Both the position numbers and the translations under genes were made by a program. The notes under the pieces were generated by a model. The model did not search any database, was not told the origin of the DNA, and saw only the letters and a program-made list of their open reading frames with translations. This document shows, one piece after another, positions 28,466 to 36,785 of a stretch of 64,000 nt of DNA. Source of the stretch: a virus (Duplodnaviria; Caudoviricetes); the IMG/VR virus record IMGVR_UViG_2974704529_000001, positions 13,877-77,876 of that record, one strand, 5' to 3'. The stretch's first letter is position 1. The number at the start of each line of letters is the position of its first letter.

Positions 28466-28506
28466 AGCCCCGTATCCAGTCCTAGCCGACTGGCCGGGGC
28501 TTTTTT
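28466..28506 (+). terminator. Intrinsic terminator after the Y-like RNA array
   Basis: AGCCCCG...CCAGTC/GACTGG...CGGGGCT followed by a T run. Confidence 0.8.
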
Positions 28507-28651
28507 GTGCCCTAAGAAAGGATTTACATGCCTGGACCAATGTCCGCGCCCAACGGAAACGCGCTGATCACCTACAGCGCCGAGGCGCGCAAGAAAGCCG
28601 GTCGGACCGGCAAGACGGAGCTTGTGAAAGCCCGTAAGGGGGATAAGAAGA

Positions 28652-28987
28652 ATGCGTAAGGCAATCGTCGCAGCCATGCTGGTTGGCGCGCTGTCGCTGG
28701 TCGGGTGCGCTACCCAGAATCAGCACTGGGAGCGCGGCTGCAAGGTCCAGTCAAAGGACATGCTGTACGGCAGCAACAGTGACGGCGGGACCACGCGCAC
28801 TAAGCGCATTAGCACCACATGCGGCGCGTTCGACGTGGAGGACGCTATCGAGGTCGGCCACATGAACAGCTATGACCTGTGGGCCAAGCTCGAAGAGGGC
28901 AAGACCTACGACCTCAAGGTGGGCGGGCTGCGTAACGGCTTCTTTTCGATGTTCCCCACGGTGTTGGAGGTTAAGGATGCCAGTTAG
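28652..28987 (+). CDS. Lipoprotein
   Basis: Lipobox LVGC. Confidence 0.75.
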   Translation: MRKAIVAAMLVGALSLVGCATQNQHWERGCKVQSKDMLYGSNSDGGTTRTKRISTTCGAFDVEDAIEVGHMNSYDLWAKLEEGKTYDLKVGGLRNGFFSMFPTVLEVKDAS

Positions 28988-29294
28988 CGTTAGCGAGGCC
29001 ATCCGGCGCTACAAAGAGGCGCAGGCTGAGAAGCGCGGCGAGACGCTGCCGGAGAAGTTCTACCCGGTGCCCAACCGCAAGGCGATCCGCGCGCACCGCT
29101 TCGGTGGTTTCCGTGAGGGCCTTGGTTCTGGCGATTCGTACGTCCTGATGAGGCCGTACCGGTCGCGTATTCAGCGTGGCAAGTCGCGTCCTCAGCCGCG
29201 CGGGCAGATTGTCCGGCGAGGCTTTAAGGACTACTTGGAGAACGGTCCGGACGCGGACAGGGGTAAGCCGTCCGCTTGGACGCAGAAGCTATGA
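28977..29294 (+). CDS. Basic hypothetical protein
   Basis: ATG after a GGAGG RBS. Confidence 0.6.
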   Translation: MPVSVSEAIRRYKEAQAEKRGETLPEKFYPVPNRKAIRAHRFGGFREGLGSGDSYVLMRPYRSRIQRGKSRPQPRGQIVRRGFKDYLENGPDADRGKPSAWTQKL

Positions 29295-29467
29295 GCTACC
29301 GCGTAGAGGTTCTGCTTAGGGACCGCGTACTTCCGCCGATGGTTGCCGTTAGGGAGCCGGAGGTTAGCCACAACGGCATTCTTCAAGTGATGCTCAAAGA
29401 TGGCTATTTGGTATACGCGCCGGGCTATTGGTTGAGCTACGGAGTTAAGGAACATAAAGATGGCTAA
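29291..29467 (+). CDS. Small hypothetical protein
   Basis: ATGA overlap with the upstream gene. Confidence 0.55.
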   Translation: MSYRVEVLLRDRVLPPMVAVREPEVSHNGILQVMLKDGYLVYAPGYWLSYGVKEHKDG

Positions 29468-29663
29468 GGTCGGCACTGTTTACCGCAAGGATTACGAGCC
29501 TGACTGCGGTTGTAGCGCGGGTCCATGTTTCGACATGTACGTCAAGACGCTGGATGGCTGGCTTCTAGTCGACCAGTACGGGCCTCAGGGGATCGTGGCA
29601 AATAAGCCGTGGAAGCGCGCTGCTGGGTTTGTCCGGTTCCCGCCGAAAGTTAGCGAGGACTAA
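29460..29663 (+). CDS. Small hypothetical protein
   Basis: AAGGA RBS; overlap coupling. Confidence 0.6.
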   Translation: MAKVGTVYRKDYEPDCGCSAGPCFDMYVKTLDGWLLVDQYGPQGIVANKPWKRAAGFVRFPPKVSED

Positions 29664-29704
29664 TCACTGACTATCAAGTAAAGCGTGACTACTGGGACCG
29701 TCCG

Positions 29705-30637
29705 ATGGTTTACCCACCGGACTTCCAGGGTCAGCTAACGGGGGAATGGCGCGAAGGCAGGGGGCGCGATGGAAAGCAAAAGCGCTGGTGGTACTCCAAA
29801 GACGCCAAGGGATATAGCCGGGCGTCCGGTGCGGGCAAGGGTCTCGACACCAAGGATGGGCTTATCGACTGGGCAGCCTGTCAGGCAGCCGTTGGCATCC
29901 TCTTGGACTCCTCCGCACGCTCAGAGGTCGCAACGCTTATCAACGAATACGACGCCGACCCCTGGTACAAGGGCGACGACGGCGGCACCCGCTCCGGTAA
30001 AGAGCGGCTTAAGGCCGCTGTTGAGCAAGCGCGTAACACTGCCGGTCAGCACACTGCTGCTTCTGCTGGCACTGAGTTCCATAAGCTCGGTGAGCTGCGC
30101 AATAAGGGCGAAACGCCGCGCGTAATTCAGGAGCACCTTAAGGAACCTCTCGCTAAGTACGACAAAGCGGTCGAACCTATCGAGTTCATTGATCAGGAAA
30201 TGCTTATCGTTAACGACAAGCTGGAACTGTGCGGCTCGGTGGACTATCTGATGGCGCTGCCGCCGGGGATTACTACTCCGGATGGCGTTAAGCACGATCA
30301 AGAGCTTGTCGTTGTGGGCGATCTTAAGACGGGGCGCTGGGACGCGAAGCGGCCTATGGGTGTGACCTGTCAGCTTGCGGCTTATGGGACGGGTCTGCGT
30401 TATGACCAGGAGACGAATACGCGTACTCCGCTGCATAACCAGATCAATAACAAGTGGGGAGTGATGGTTCATTTCCCAATCATGACTAAGAACCCTCAGG
30501 TCAAGTTCTATTGGGTTGACCTTGAGCTGGGTTTGCAGGCGGCGATGCTCGGCAAGCAAGTCGAGGCTATGCGCCGCGTTTTCAATTCTAAGGATTCAGA
30601 GCTTAAGGAGTTGAGCCTTGACCGTTATCAGTGGTAG
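29705..30637 (+). CDS. PD-(D/E)XK (Cas4/RecE-like) exonuclease
   Basis: GTEFH, CGSVD, VGDLKTG and QLAAYG motifs. Confidence 0.85.
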   Translation: MVYPPDFQGQLTGEWREGRGRDGKQKRWWYSKDAKGYSRASGAGKGLDTKDGLIDWAACQAAVGILLDSSARSEVATLINEYDADPWYKGDDGGTRSGKERLKAAVEQARNTAGQHTAASAGTEFHKLGELRNKGETPRVIQEHLKEPLAKYDKAVEPIEFIDQEMLIVNDKLELCGSVDYLMALPPGITTPDGVKHDQELVVVGDLKTGRWDAKRPMGVTCQLAAYGTGLRYDQETNTRTPLHNQINNKWGVMVHFPIMTKNPQVKFYWVDLELGLQAAMLGKQVEAMRRVFNSKDSELKELSLDRYQW

Positions 30638-30932
30638 CCGGGAAACCAGCTTGGCGGCGTACATGGCGCTGAGTAAGGACGATCTGCGGGAGTCGCAGCG
30701 GGCGGTGCTTAAGGCGCTGGGCCGTCTGCGTAAGGGCGGTACCGATACGGATATCGCGCGGGTTTACAACCGGTCCAAGTGGGGCGCGGTGCTGCCTCAG
30801 TCACCTTCGGGTCTGCGGACTCGTCGGTCGGAGCTGGTGCGCCAGGGGCTTGTGGTGGATACCGGCGTGCGTAAGCGGCTGGCGAGTGGTCGTCAGTCCG
30901 TGGTGTGGGCCAAGGCAAAGAACGGGGCGTAG
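30618..30932 (+). CDS. Winged-helix DNA-binding protein
   Basis: TDTDIAR...SGLRTRRSELVRQGLVVDTG. Confidence 0.65.
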   Translation: MTVISGSRETSLAAYMALSKDDLRESQRAVLKALGRLRKGGTDTDIARVYNRSKWGAVLPQSPSGLRTRRSELVRQGLVVDTGVRKRLASGRQSVVWAKAKNGA

Positions 30933-31688
30933 TTGACTGCAACCAAAGCTGAGTTGGAGGCCGCGCTAGCGGAGTCTGACGCCAAGATCGAGTCCCTTGA
31001 GGAGGAGCTTAAGACCGCTCCGAGGTTGGACGGGTCAAACATTCCCACCGTCTATGAGGCGTGGAACCGCGTTATGCGCGATGTGCAGTTCATTAGTAAG
31101 AACTCGCGCAATGAGCAGCAGAGGTTCAACTTCCGTGGCATTGACGCGGTGATGAACGCGGTCGGCCCGGTGCTCCGTGAGCATGGCGTGATTGTCGTTC
31201 CTAACGGTGTGCGTCACGATTCGGAGCGTTACACGACCGCTAAGGGTGGTCAGATGTGTAACCGGACCGTCGAAATGGGCTTTGAGGTATTCGGCCCCGC
31301 TGGTGACTCGTTTAAGGGTTACGCGTTCGGTGAGGCTGCGGACGCTGGCGATAAGGCCATCACTAAGGCTGAGTCGGTGGCGTTGAGGACGTTCCTGCTG
31401 CAAGCGCTGATGTTGCCGACTGACGATCCGGACCCTGATGGCGACTCGCACGAGCGGGCCACTCCGGCGACTGCTGCGCGGGCGCAGCCGCCAGCTCCGG
31501 TTGGTAACGCGGATTCTGCTGCTGCGCGCGGAAAGCTGCGCGAGCTGGCGACTTCTAAGAACTGGGACTTGAACGGCATCGCTAACAAGTTCGCGGAGCA
31601 CAACAAGGGCCGGGAGCTTAAGGACGCCACTGCCGAAGAGGTCACGGCGTTTACGAACCTTCTAGAGACAGGGGCGGTCACCGTCTAA
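30933..31688 (+). CDS. ERF-family single-strand annealing protein
   Basis: FNFRGIDAV, GEAADAGDKA and DDPDPD motifs; adjacent to the exonuclease. Confidence 0.85.
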   Translation: MTATKAELEAALAESDAKIESLEEELKTAPRLDGSNIPTVYEAWNRVMRDVQFISKNSRNEQQRFNFRGIDAVMNAVGPVLREHGVIVVPNGVRHDSERYTTAKGGQMCNRTVEMGFEVFGPAGDSFKGYAFGEAADAGDKAITKAESVALRTFLLQALMLPTDDPDPDGDSHERATPATAARAQPPAPVGNADSAAARGKLRELATSKNWDLNGIANKFAEHNKGRELKDATAEEVTAFTNLLETGAVTV

Positions 31689-31888
31689 TGTTCAACAACA
31701 CGATTGCGGGTATCCCTGTGGAGCTGGTCGACGCTCCACAGGGCATCGTGGTTCCTTGTGAGCTTTGCTTCGTTAAGGAGGCTGAGTTCGCGGTGGGTTC
31801 GCACGATCACAAGCTGGTGTGCGAAGGCTGCCTCGATTATGGGGATTCGCGCCGGTTCTGGAATCTGGAACCGAGGCAAGCTCTGTGA
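31688..31888 (+). CDS. Small Cys-rich protein
   Basis: CxxC...CxxC. Confidence 0.55.
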   Translation: MFNNTIAGIPVELVDAPQGIVVPCELCFVKEAEFAVGSHDHKLVCEGCLDYGDSRRFWNLEPRQAL

Positions 31889-32166
31889 GTGAACCGGAAC
31901 TGTGGGACGCCCGACGCATCCTTGAAAACTTTAAGGTCGGCCATGCTGACCACGGATGGCATGAGGAATTGCAGGCTATCTGGTATGCGGACCGCGAGCG
32001 CACCTGGGAGTTGTTAGACGAGGTTGGCGACGTGGGCCGGATTGTTGATCCGGTGATCATTGACCGTGCCTCTAACCAGGTGTGGGACGGCCACCACCGT
32101 ATCGCCGTGGGCTTAGCGCTGCTTATGCCAGTTCCGTTGGTCTATAGGGAACAGGGGGACCGTTGA
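31885..32166 (+). CDS. ParB/sulfiredoxin-like small protein
   Basis: PVIID...VWDGHHRI; GTG start overlapping the upstream stop. Confidence 0.65.
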   Translation: MSEPELWDARRILENFKVGHADHGWHEELQAIWYADRERTWELLDEVGDVGRIVDPVIIDRASNQVWDGHHRIAVGLALLMPVPLVYREQGDR

Positions 32167-32522
32167 GTGAGTACAACCCGGTATCTGTAGAGCAGGAAAT
32201 CCTAGCGACCGTTAACGATATCTCGTCTGGGATTATCACGGCGCGGGATGCTCACGAGAAAAAGCTGGAAACGGAGCGCGCCTACAAGCGTGCCTATGCC
32301 CGCGCGTTCATGGCACATAAAGGTCCGCAGACTGAGAAAAAGGTCGCGGCGAACATCGTCGAAGATGTCATGAGCGCCGAGGATGAGCGGGACGCTTGGG
32401 CGGTCGCTTACGAATACGCGAAGGACAACAACCGGGCGCTTAGCTCAAAGCTGGACGCTATTCGGTCTGTGGGCGCTTCTGTTCGTCAGGCGTACGCGAA
32501 CGCGGGCAGGGGCGAGTGGTGA
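32163..32522 (+). CDS. Hypothetical coiled-coil protein
   Basis: Overlap coupling; LDAIRSVGASVRQAY motif. Confidence 0.7.
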   Translation: MSEYNPVSVEQEILATVNDISSGIITARDAHEKKLETERAYKRAYARAFMAHKGPQTEKKVAANIVEDVMSAEDERDAWAVAYEYAKDNNRALSSKLDAIRSVGASVRQAYANAGRGEW

Positions 32523-32568
32523 GGTTCGTTCACTGGTTCTGGCTCCATATGTGCCCGCCCGCTCCGAT

Positions 32569-32955
32569 GTGAGCGAGAAGAAATGCCGTCAAATCCTCAA
32601 GGTCCGCTCTGAGGGCTTCTGTGAGCGGTGTACCCGGTGGGGCAACCTCACCCTTCACCACCGCAAGAAACGCTCCCAGGGCGGCTTGTGGACGGCTGAA
32701 AACTGCGTCCTGGTGTGCGGCCACGGTACGACCGGCTGCCACGGATGGATTGAGCACCACCCAGACCAAGCGGAAACGCAGGGCTGGCATGTGCGCCCTT
32801 GGCAAAACCCGGCTGAGATTCCGCTGCTTTGGCGCGGGTCGACCTGGGTTCTCTTAACCAACGATGGAGGGATTCAGCATGTCGAGAAACCTCAAGGTGC
32901 TCCTGGCAGCATTCGGGACGGCTTTAGCTATGACTGCGTGCCAACCGAGTGCTGA
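32569..32955 (+). CDS. HNH endonuclease
   Basis: CERC...LHHRK...NCVLVC...GCH. Confidence 0.8.
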   Translation: MSEKKCRQILKVRSEGFCERCTRWGNLTLHHRKKRSQGGLWTAENCVLVCGHGTTGCHGWIEHHPDQAETQGWHVRPWQNPAEIPLLWRGSTWVLLTNDGGIQHVEKPQGAPGSIRDGFSYDCVPTEC

Positions 32956-33112
32956 GAACGGGGTCAGCACTGACTCTGGTACTAGCTCCGGCGACTCCGG
33001 CTCCGGCTTCGTTATCTCCCCTAGGGGCGGTATCGGGTTCGACATGGGCGGCGGCATGTACCTGGACCCCGGTAGCGGCCAGATCGGCTTCGGCGGCATT
33101 CCGCTGGGATGA
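32879..33112 (+). CDS. Small Gly-rich lipoprotein
   Basis: Lipobox MTAC; GGAGG RBS. Confidence 0.6.
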   Translation: MSRNLKVLLAAFGTALAMTACQPSAENGVSTDSGTSSGDSGSGFVISPRGGIGFDMGGGMYLDPGSGQIGFGGIPLG

Positions 33113-33789
33113 GCGACTTCGGGAAAATCCACCGGAAGTTCTGGGACCACCCAAAGGCTAAGCAGGCGGGTAACGCTGCGCTTGGCCTTTGGGTCAAGGC
33201 CAACGCGTGGACTCGGGATAACCGATCCGGAGGGTTCGTCCCGCGCGAGGTCGCACTAGAGCTGGGAACACGCGAAGAGGCTAATGCCCTGGTTAAGGCC
33301 AGGCTTTGGCGCAGGGTCGATAAGGACGGCGAGTTCATCGGCGTTCAGTTCAACGACTACGAGCACTGGAACGATGACGTTGAGCCGAACACTGAGGCGG
33401 GAAAGCTGGTCCGTAAGACCATTCCGGAGTCGCAACCTTTCGCTATCCGGCAACAGCTAGTCAAAAAGACGGCTGAGCTGCTGCGCGAGGGTATCGACCT
33501 GGAAATCATGGAGCGCGCACTTAACCTCTGGCTCGCTAAGGACTTTGGGCCGGGCATTCTGCCTAGCCTGGTCAGTGAGGCGCAGAAAGAGGCGCAGCGC
33601 GCGGCCACGCTAAGGAACACGATCACTGAGTGTCTTAAGACGGGGCAAGTTTCACCGCTTAAGGCTTACGGATATATCTTCTCGCCTCCCGTTCCGCCGG
33701 ATGGGCTTGACGTGGACTCGCGTCGGGTTTGGATGGATCGCGCTAAACGGGACTGGCTGAATGAACTTAGAGGGAGGGTAGCGGCCTAA
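33109..33789 (+). CDS. Putative replication initiator/helicase loader-type protein
   Basis: FWDHPK...AALGLW...GFVP motif; upstream of DnaB. Confidence 0.6.
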   Translation: MSDFGKIHRKFWDHPKAKQAGNAALGLWVKANAWTRDNRSGGFVPREVALELGTREEANALVKARLWRRVDKDGEFIGVQFNDYEHWNDDVEPNTEAGKLVRKTIPESQPFAIRQQLVKKTAELLREGIDLEIMERALNLWLAKDFGPGILPSLVSEAQKEAQRAATLRNTITECLKTGQVSPLKAYGYIFSPPVPPDGLDVDSRRVWMDRAKRDWLNELRGRVAA

Positions 33790-34079
33790 TGGGGCTGGCA
33801 TATCCGCGCCGCGATGATGCGGTGCGTTACGAGAAGTTCGACGGGACGCTTGAGTCTGTGCAGCGGATTGTCAACATGACTCGGATTCCGGTTGACCTGG
33901 TGATTGAGCCACGTGACTCATTTCTGGCGGGTGATGTCCTGAGGATTAGCCAGTTTAGCTGGGGCAATGGACAGGTTAACTCCGGCGATTACGTCACCTT
34001 TAGGGATAAGCAGGTGTTGGTGTATCCGGACGACGTGTTCCATGCCAAGTTCTCAACTAAGGACGGATGGGGTAATTGA
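33789..34079 (+). CDS. Hypothetical protein
   Basis: Translational coupling on both sides. Confidence 0.65.
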   Translation: MGLAYPRRDDAVRYEKFDGTLESVQRIVNMTRIPVDLVIEPRDSFLAGDVLRISQFSWGNGQVNSGDYVTFRDKQVLVYPDDVFHAKFSTKDGWGN

Positions 34080-35341
34080 CAGAAGTTCAGCCTCCCAATG
34101 ATCAGACTGCCGAGCAGTGCGTTATTGGGTCGCTGCTCTTGTCGTCCAAGGCGCTTAACACGCTTTCGACGTTAGTTACCGCTGAGGACTTCTACCGTCC
34201 TATTCACGCGGATATTTTCACGGCAGCAATGGACTTGCTGGCTGCCGGTGAGGCGGTCGACGCAATGACCGTCGCTAAGGAGCTTGAGTCGCGCGGCCAG
34301 CTCCGCAAGATCGGCGGGGCACCGTACCTGCTGACCTGTATGGAGAACACGCCTACTGCTACGAACGCTGAGGCGTACGCGCGGATGGTTCTGGATAAGG
34401 CCCGGCTCCGGCGTATGGCTGAGCTGGGCAACCGGCTTAAGCAACTGGCCTACTCGGAGGCGACGACCAGCGATGACGTTGCTTCGCTGCTGGGGGAGGG
34501 TGAGAAGTTCTTCCGGCAGGAGCACGAGCCTGACGACCGGGCGCTTGACTTCGGGAAGATGCTTGAGTCCTGGGAACACTGGCAGGCGACCAGTGAGGGC
34601 TATATCAAGACCCCTTGGGAAGCGCTCAATGACCGGCTGAATGGCGGTTTGCAGCGCGGCAGGCTCTACACGATTGCGGCTAGGCCGGGCGGCGGAAAAA
34701 GTGTTGCAGCGTTGCAGCTAGCGAGCAATGCGGCGTTCTGGGGTTTCCCGTCCGCGTTCTTCACACTGGAAATGTCGAGCGACGAAGTTACGTCTCGTCT
34801 CGTTTCTGCCGGTTCAAGCGTCGACTTCACGAAGATCATGAAGAAGAGGCTGGACTTAGAGGACCGGGCGAAGATCGACAACTTCGTTAAGTTGAACGAC
34901 ACCATTCCGCTACAGGTTGTGGACCGGCCAACGATTAGCACAGAGCAGATCGTTGCCCACTGCCGGTCGGTCGGAAACCTGGGTGTTGTCGTCGTGGATT
35001 ACCTGCAATTGGTTAAGCCGTCCGATAGCAAGGTGTCACGTGAGCAACAGGTGGCGCACATGTCGCGGTCACTCAAGATTGCGGCGCGTGAGCTTAACGT
35101 GGCGATGGTCCAGTGTGCGCAGTTGAATCGCGGTCCCGTTAAGGACGGTAAGCCACGTGCGCCGACTATTGCGGACCTCCGCGAATCCGGAGCGATTGAG
35201 CAGGATAGCGATGTGGTTCTCCTGTTGCATACCGACGAGGACGATCCCGGCATTATCCAGATGATTATTGGTAAGAACCGGAATGGCCGAATGGGCGATC
35301 TTGCCCTGAATTTCGAGGGCCACTATCAGAGGATCACGTGA
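34076..35341 (+). CDS. dnaB: DnaB-like replicative helicase
   Basis: AARPGGGKS, VVDYLQL, AQLNR, DLRESGAIEQDSD and KNRNG motifs. Confidence 0.95.
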   Translation: MTEVQPPNDQTAEQCVIGSLLLSSKALNTLSTLVTAEDFYRPIHADIFTAAMDLLAAGEAVDAMTVAKELESRGQLRKIGGAPYLLTCMENTPTATNAEAYARMVLDKARLRRMAELGNRLKQLAYSEATTSDDVASLLGEGEKFFRQEHEPDDRALDFGKMLESWEHWQATSEGYIKTPWEALNDRLNGGLQRGRLYTIAARPGGGKSVAALQLASNAAFWGFPSAFFTLEMSSDEVTSRLVSAGSSVDFTKIMKKRLDLEDRAKIDNFVKLNDTIPLQVVDRPTISTEQIVAHCRSVGNLGVVVVDYLQLVKPSDSKVSREQQVAHMSRSLKIAARELNVAMVQCAQLNRGPVKDGKPRAPTIADLRESGAIEQDSDVVLLLHTDEDDPGIIQMIIGKNRNGRMGDLALNFEGHYQRIT

Positions 35342-35577
35342 GCGTTGACATTAAGGCGCTAATGGAAGGTAAGACGCTCCGTTGGCAAGACGAGGCGGCT
35401 TGCGATAGCGACGACCGTTTTACCGGTCGGGTCGAAACGCTTAGCTGGCGCGATCACGTCGAAATGCGGCTCTTGTGTGAGAGCTGTCCAGTTTTTGACG
35501 AGTGCGCTAAGTGGGCTGAGCGTGAACAGGTAATCGAGGTATTCGCAGCGGGCCAATGGAGGTACCCGAATGGATGA
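35338..35577 (+). CDS. WhiB-like protein
   Basis: WQDEAAC...LCESCPVFDEC. Confidence 0.7.
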   Translation: MSVDIKALMEGKTLRWQDEAACDSDDRFTGRVETLSWRDHVEMRLLCESCPVFDECAKWAEREQVIEVFAAGQWRYPNG

Positions 35578-35618
35578 GTACGACGACGACTACGACGACG
35601 TAGACGAGGAATACCCAC

Positions 35619-35807
35619 GTGACAGTTAAGCATAAGCAGACCGTTGAGTTGAGCCACCCGATTCATTTCGGGGACGTAGAGCAGTTCGTGCAGATGGGGA
35701 AAGACCTGGGCGTTAAGCCTGGGGCTGAGGTCAATGTCCGCATTTTCGCAGTGCATGGCGGCGGTTACAGGGCGGACCTATCAGTAGGGACAGTCAATGG
35801 AGCCTGA
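35619..35807 (+). CDS. Small hypothetical protein
   Basis: ORF within the operon. Confidence 0.5.
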   Translation: MTVKHKQTVELSHPIHFGDVEQFVQMGKDLGVKPGAEVNVRIFAVHGGGYRADLSVGTVNGA

Positions 35808-35927
35808 CGACGATTACGAAAACCCGGTCGGCGAAGTTCTAGACGAGGACACGGTTAACGATCTTAAGTCCAGCCACTTCGTCTTTTCGATTGCCGGTCT
35901 GCTGGGAATTAAGACGGGAGAGTCCTG

Positions 35928-36785
35928 GTGACCGTTCACCTAAAGGTCTACGCCGAGAAGCTCGGCACTATTAACGCGGCTGCGGAGGTGTTCAAGTTTC
36001 CCGGCGGGGAGCTGCACCTTAGGAGCATTCTCCCGCCGCTGATTGATGGGACGTGGATTGCGGACGTGCGGGGCGCTGCTACCGACGACCTGGTAACCGC
36101 GCTGCTGCTGGCTGACCACGCGGCGCAACTGGGCCAGCCGTTCGTGTTGTTCCTGCCGTACCTTCCGGCTGCTCGCGCGGACCGGGGGACTCCGTTCGGC
36201 CTGCGGGTGTACGCGGACATGATCAACAACTGCGCGTATGCGGAGCACGTCATGGTCATTGACCCGCATTCGCCGGTCGCTAACCGGCTGGTTAGGAACA
36301 TCTGTCCGCTTGAGCCTCTGCCGCTGCTGGACCGGGCGCTAGAGAGTCAGGGCCATTGGCGTTACGACGCGATCATTGCGCCAGATAAAGGCGCGGTGGA
36401 TCGGGCCGGGGCAATCGCTAAGCACTACGGGCTGGACCTGGTTGTGTGCGATAAGGAACGCGATTTCGAGACGGGCCGGATTACCAAGTACAAGGTGCCA
36501 GTTCTGTCCACCAAAGGTAAGTACCTGGTGGTCGATGACATCTGCGACGGCGGCGGCACCTTCGCGCTCTTGGCTAGCGAGGCGCTTATCTCTAAGTCCA
36601 ACTTGGACCTTTGGGTTACGCACGGCATTTTCTCCGGAGCTGCTACCAACCTCCGGAATTACTACGGGCGCATCATGACGACCGACTCTCACCCTGGGCA
36701 TAACCGGGTGGGTGTGGCTACGTCGATTGTGCCGACTTTTACATACATGCACCAGGCGATGGTTGAGCTTAAGGGGATAGGGTGA
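35928..36785 (+). CDS. PRPP-synthetase-like protein (Adps-like, NARP1)
   Basis: FPGGE, LPYLPAARADR, DPHS, APDKGA and VVDDICDGGGTF motifs. Confidence 0.85.
   Translation: MTVHLKVYAEKLGTINAAAEVFKFPGGELHLRSILPPLIDGTWIADVRGAATDDLVTALLLADHAAQLGQPFVLFLPYLPAARADRGTPFGLRVYADMINNCAYAEHVMVIDPHSPVANRLVRNICPLEPLPLLDRALESQGHWRYDAIIAPDKGAVDRAGAIAKHYGLDLVVCDKERDFETGRITKYKVPVLSTKGKYLVVDDICDGGGTFALLASEALISKSNLDLWVTHGIFSGAATNLRNYYGRIMTTDSHPGHNRVGVATSIVPTFTYMHQAMVELKGIG

Noticed and set aside
29705-30637. Cas4 as part of a CRISPR system
   Set aside because: It sits beside an ERF annealing protein, so it is the usual phage recombination exonuclease.
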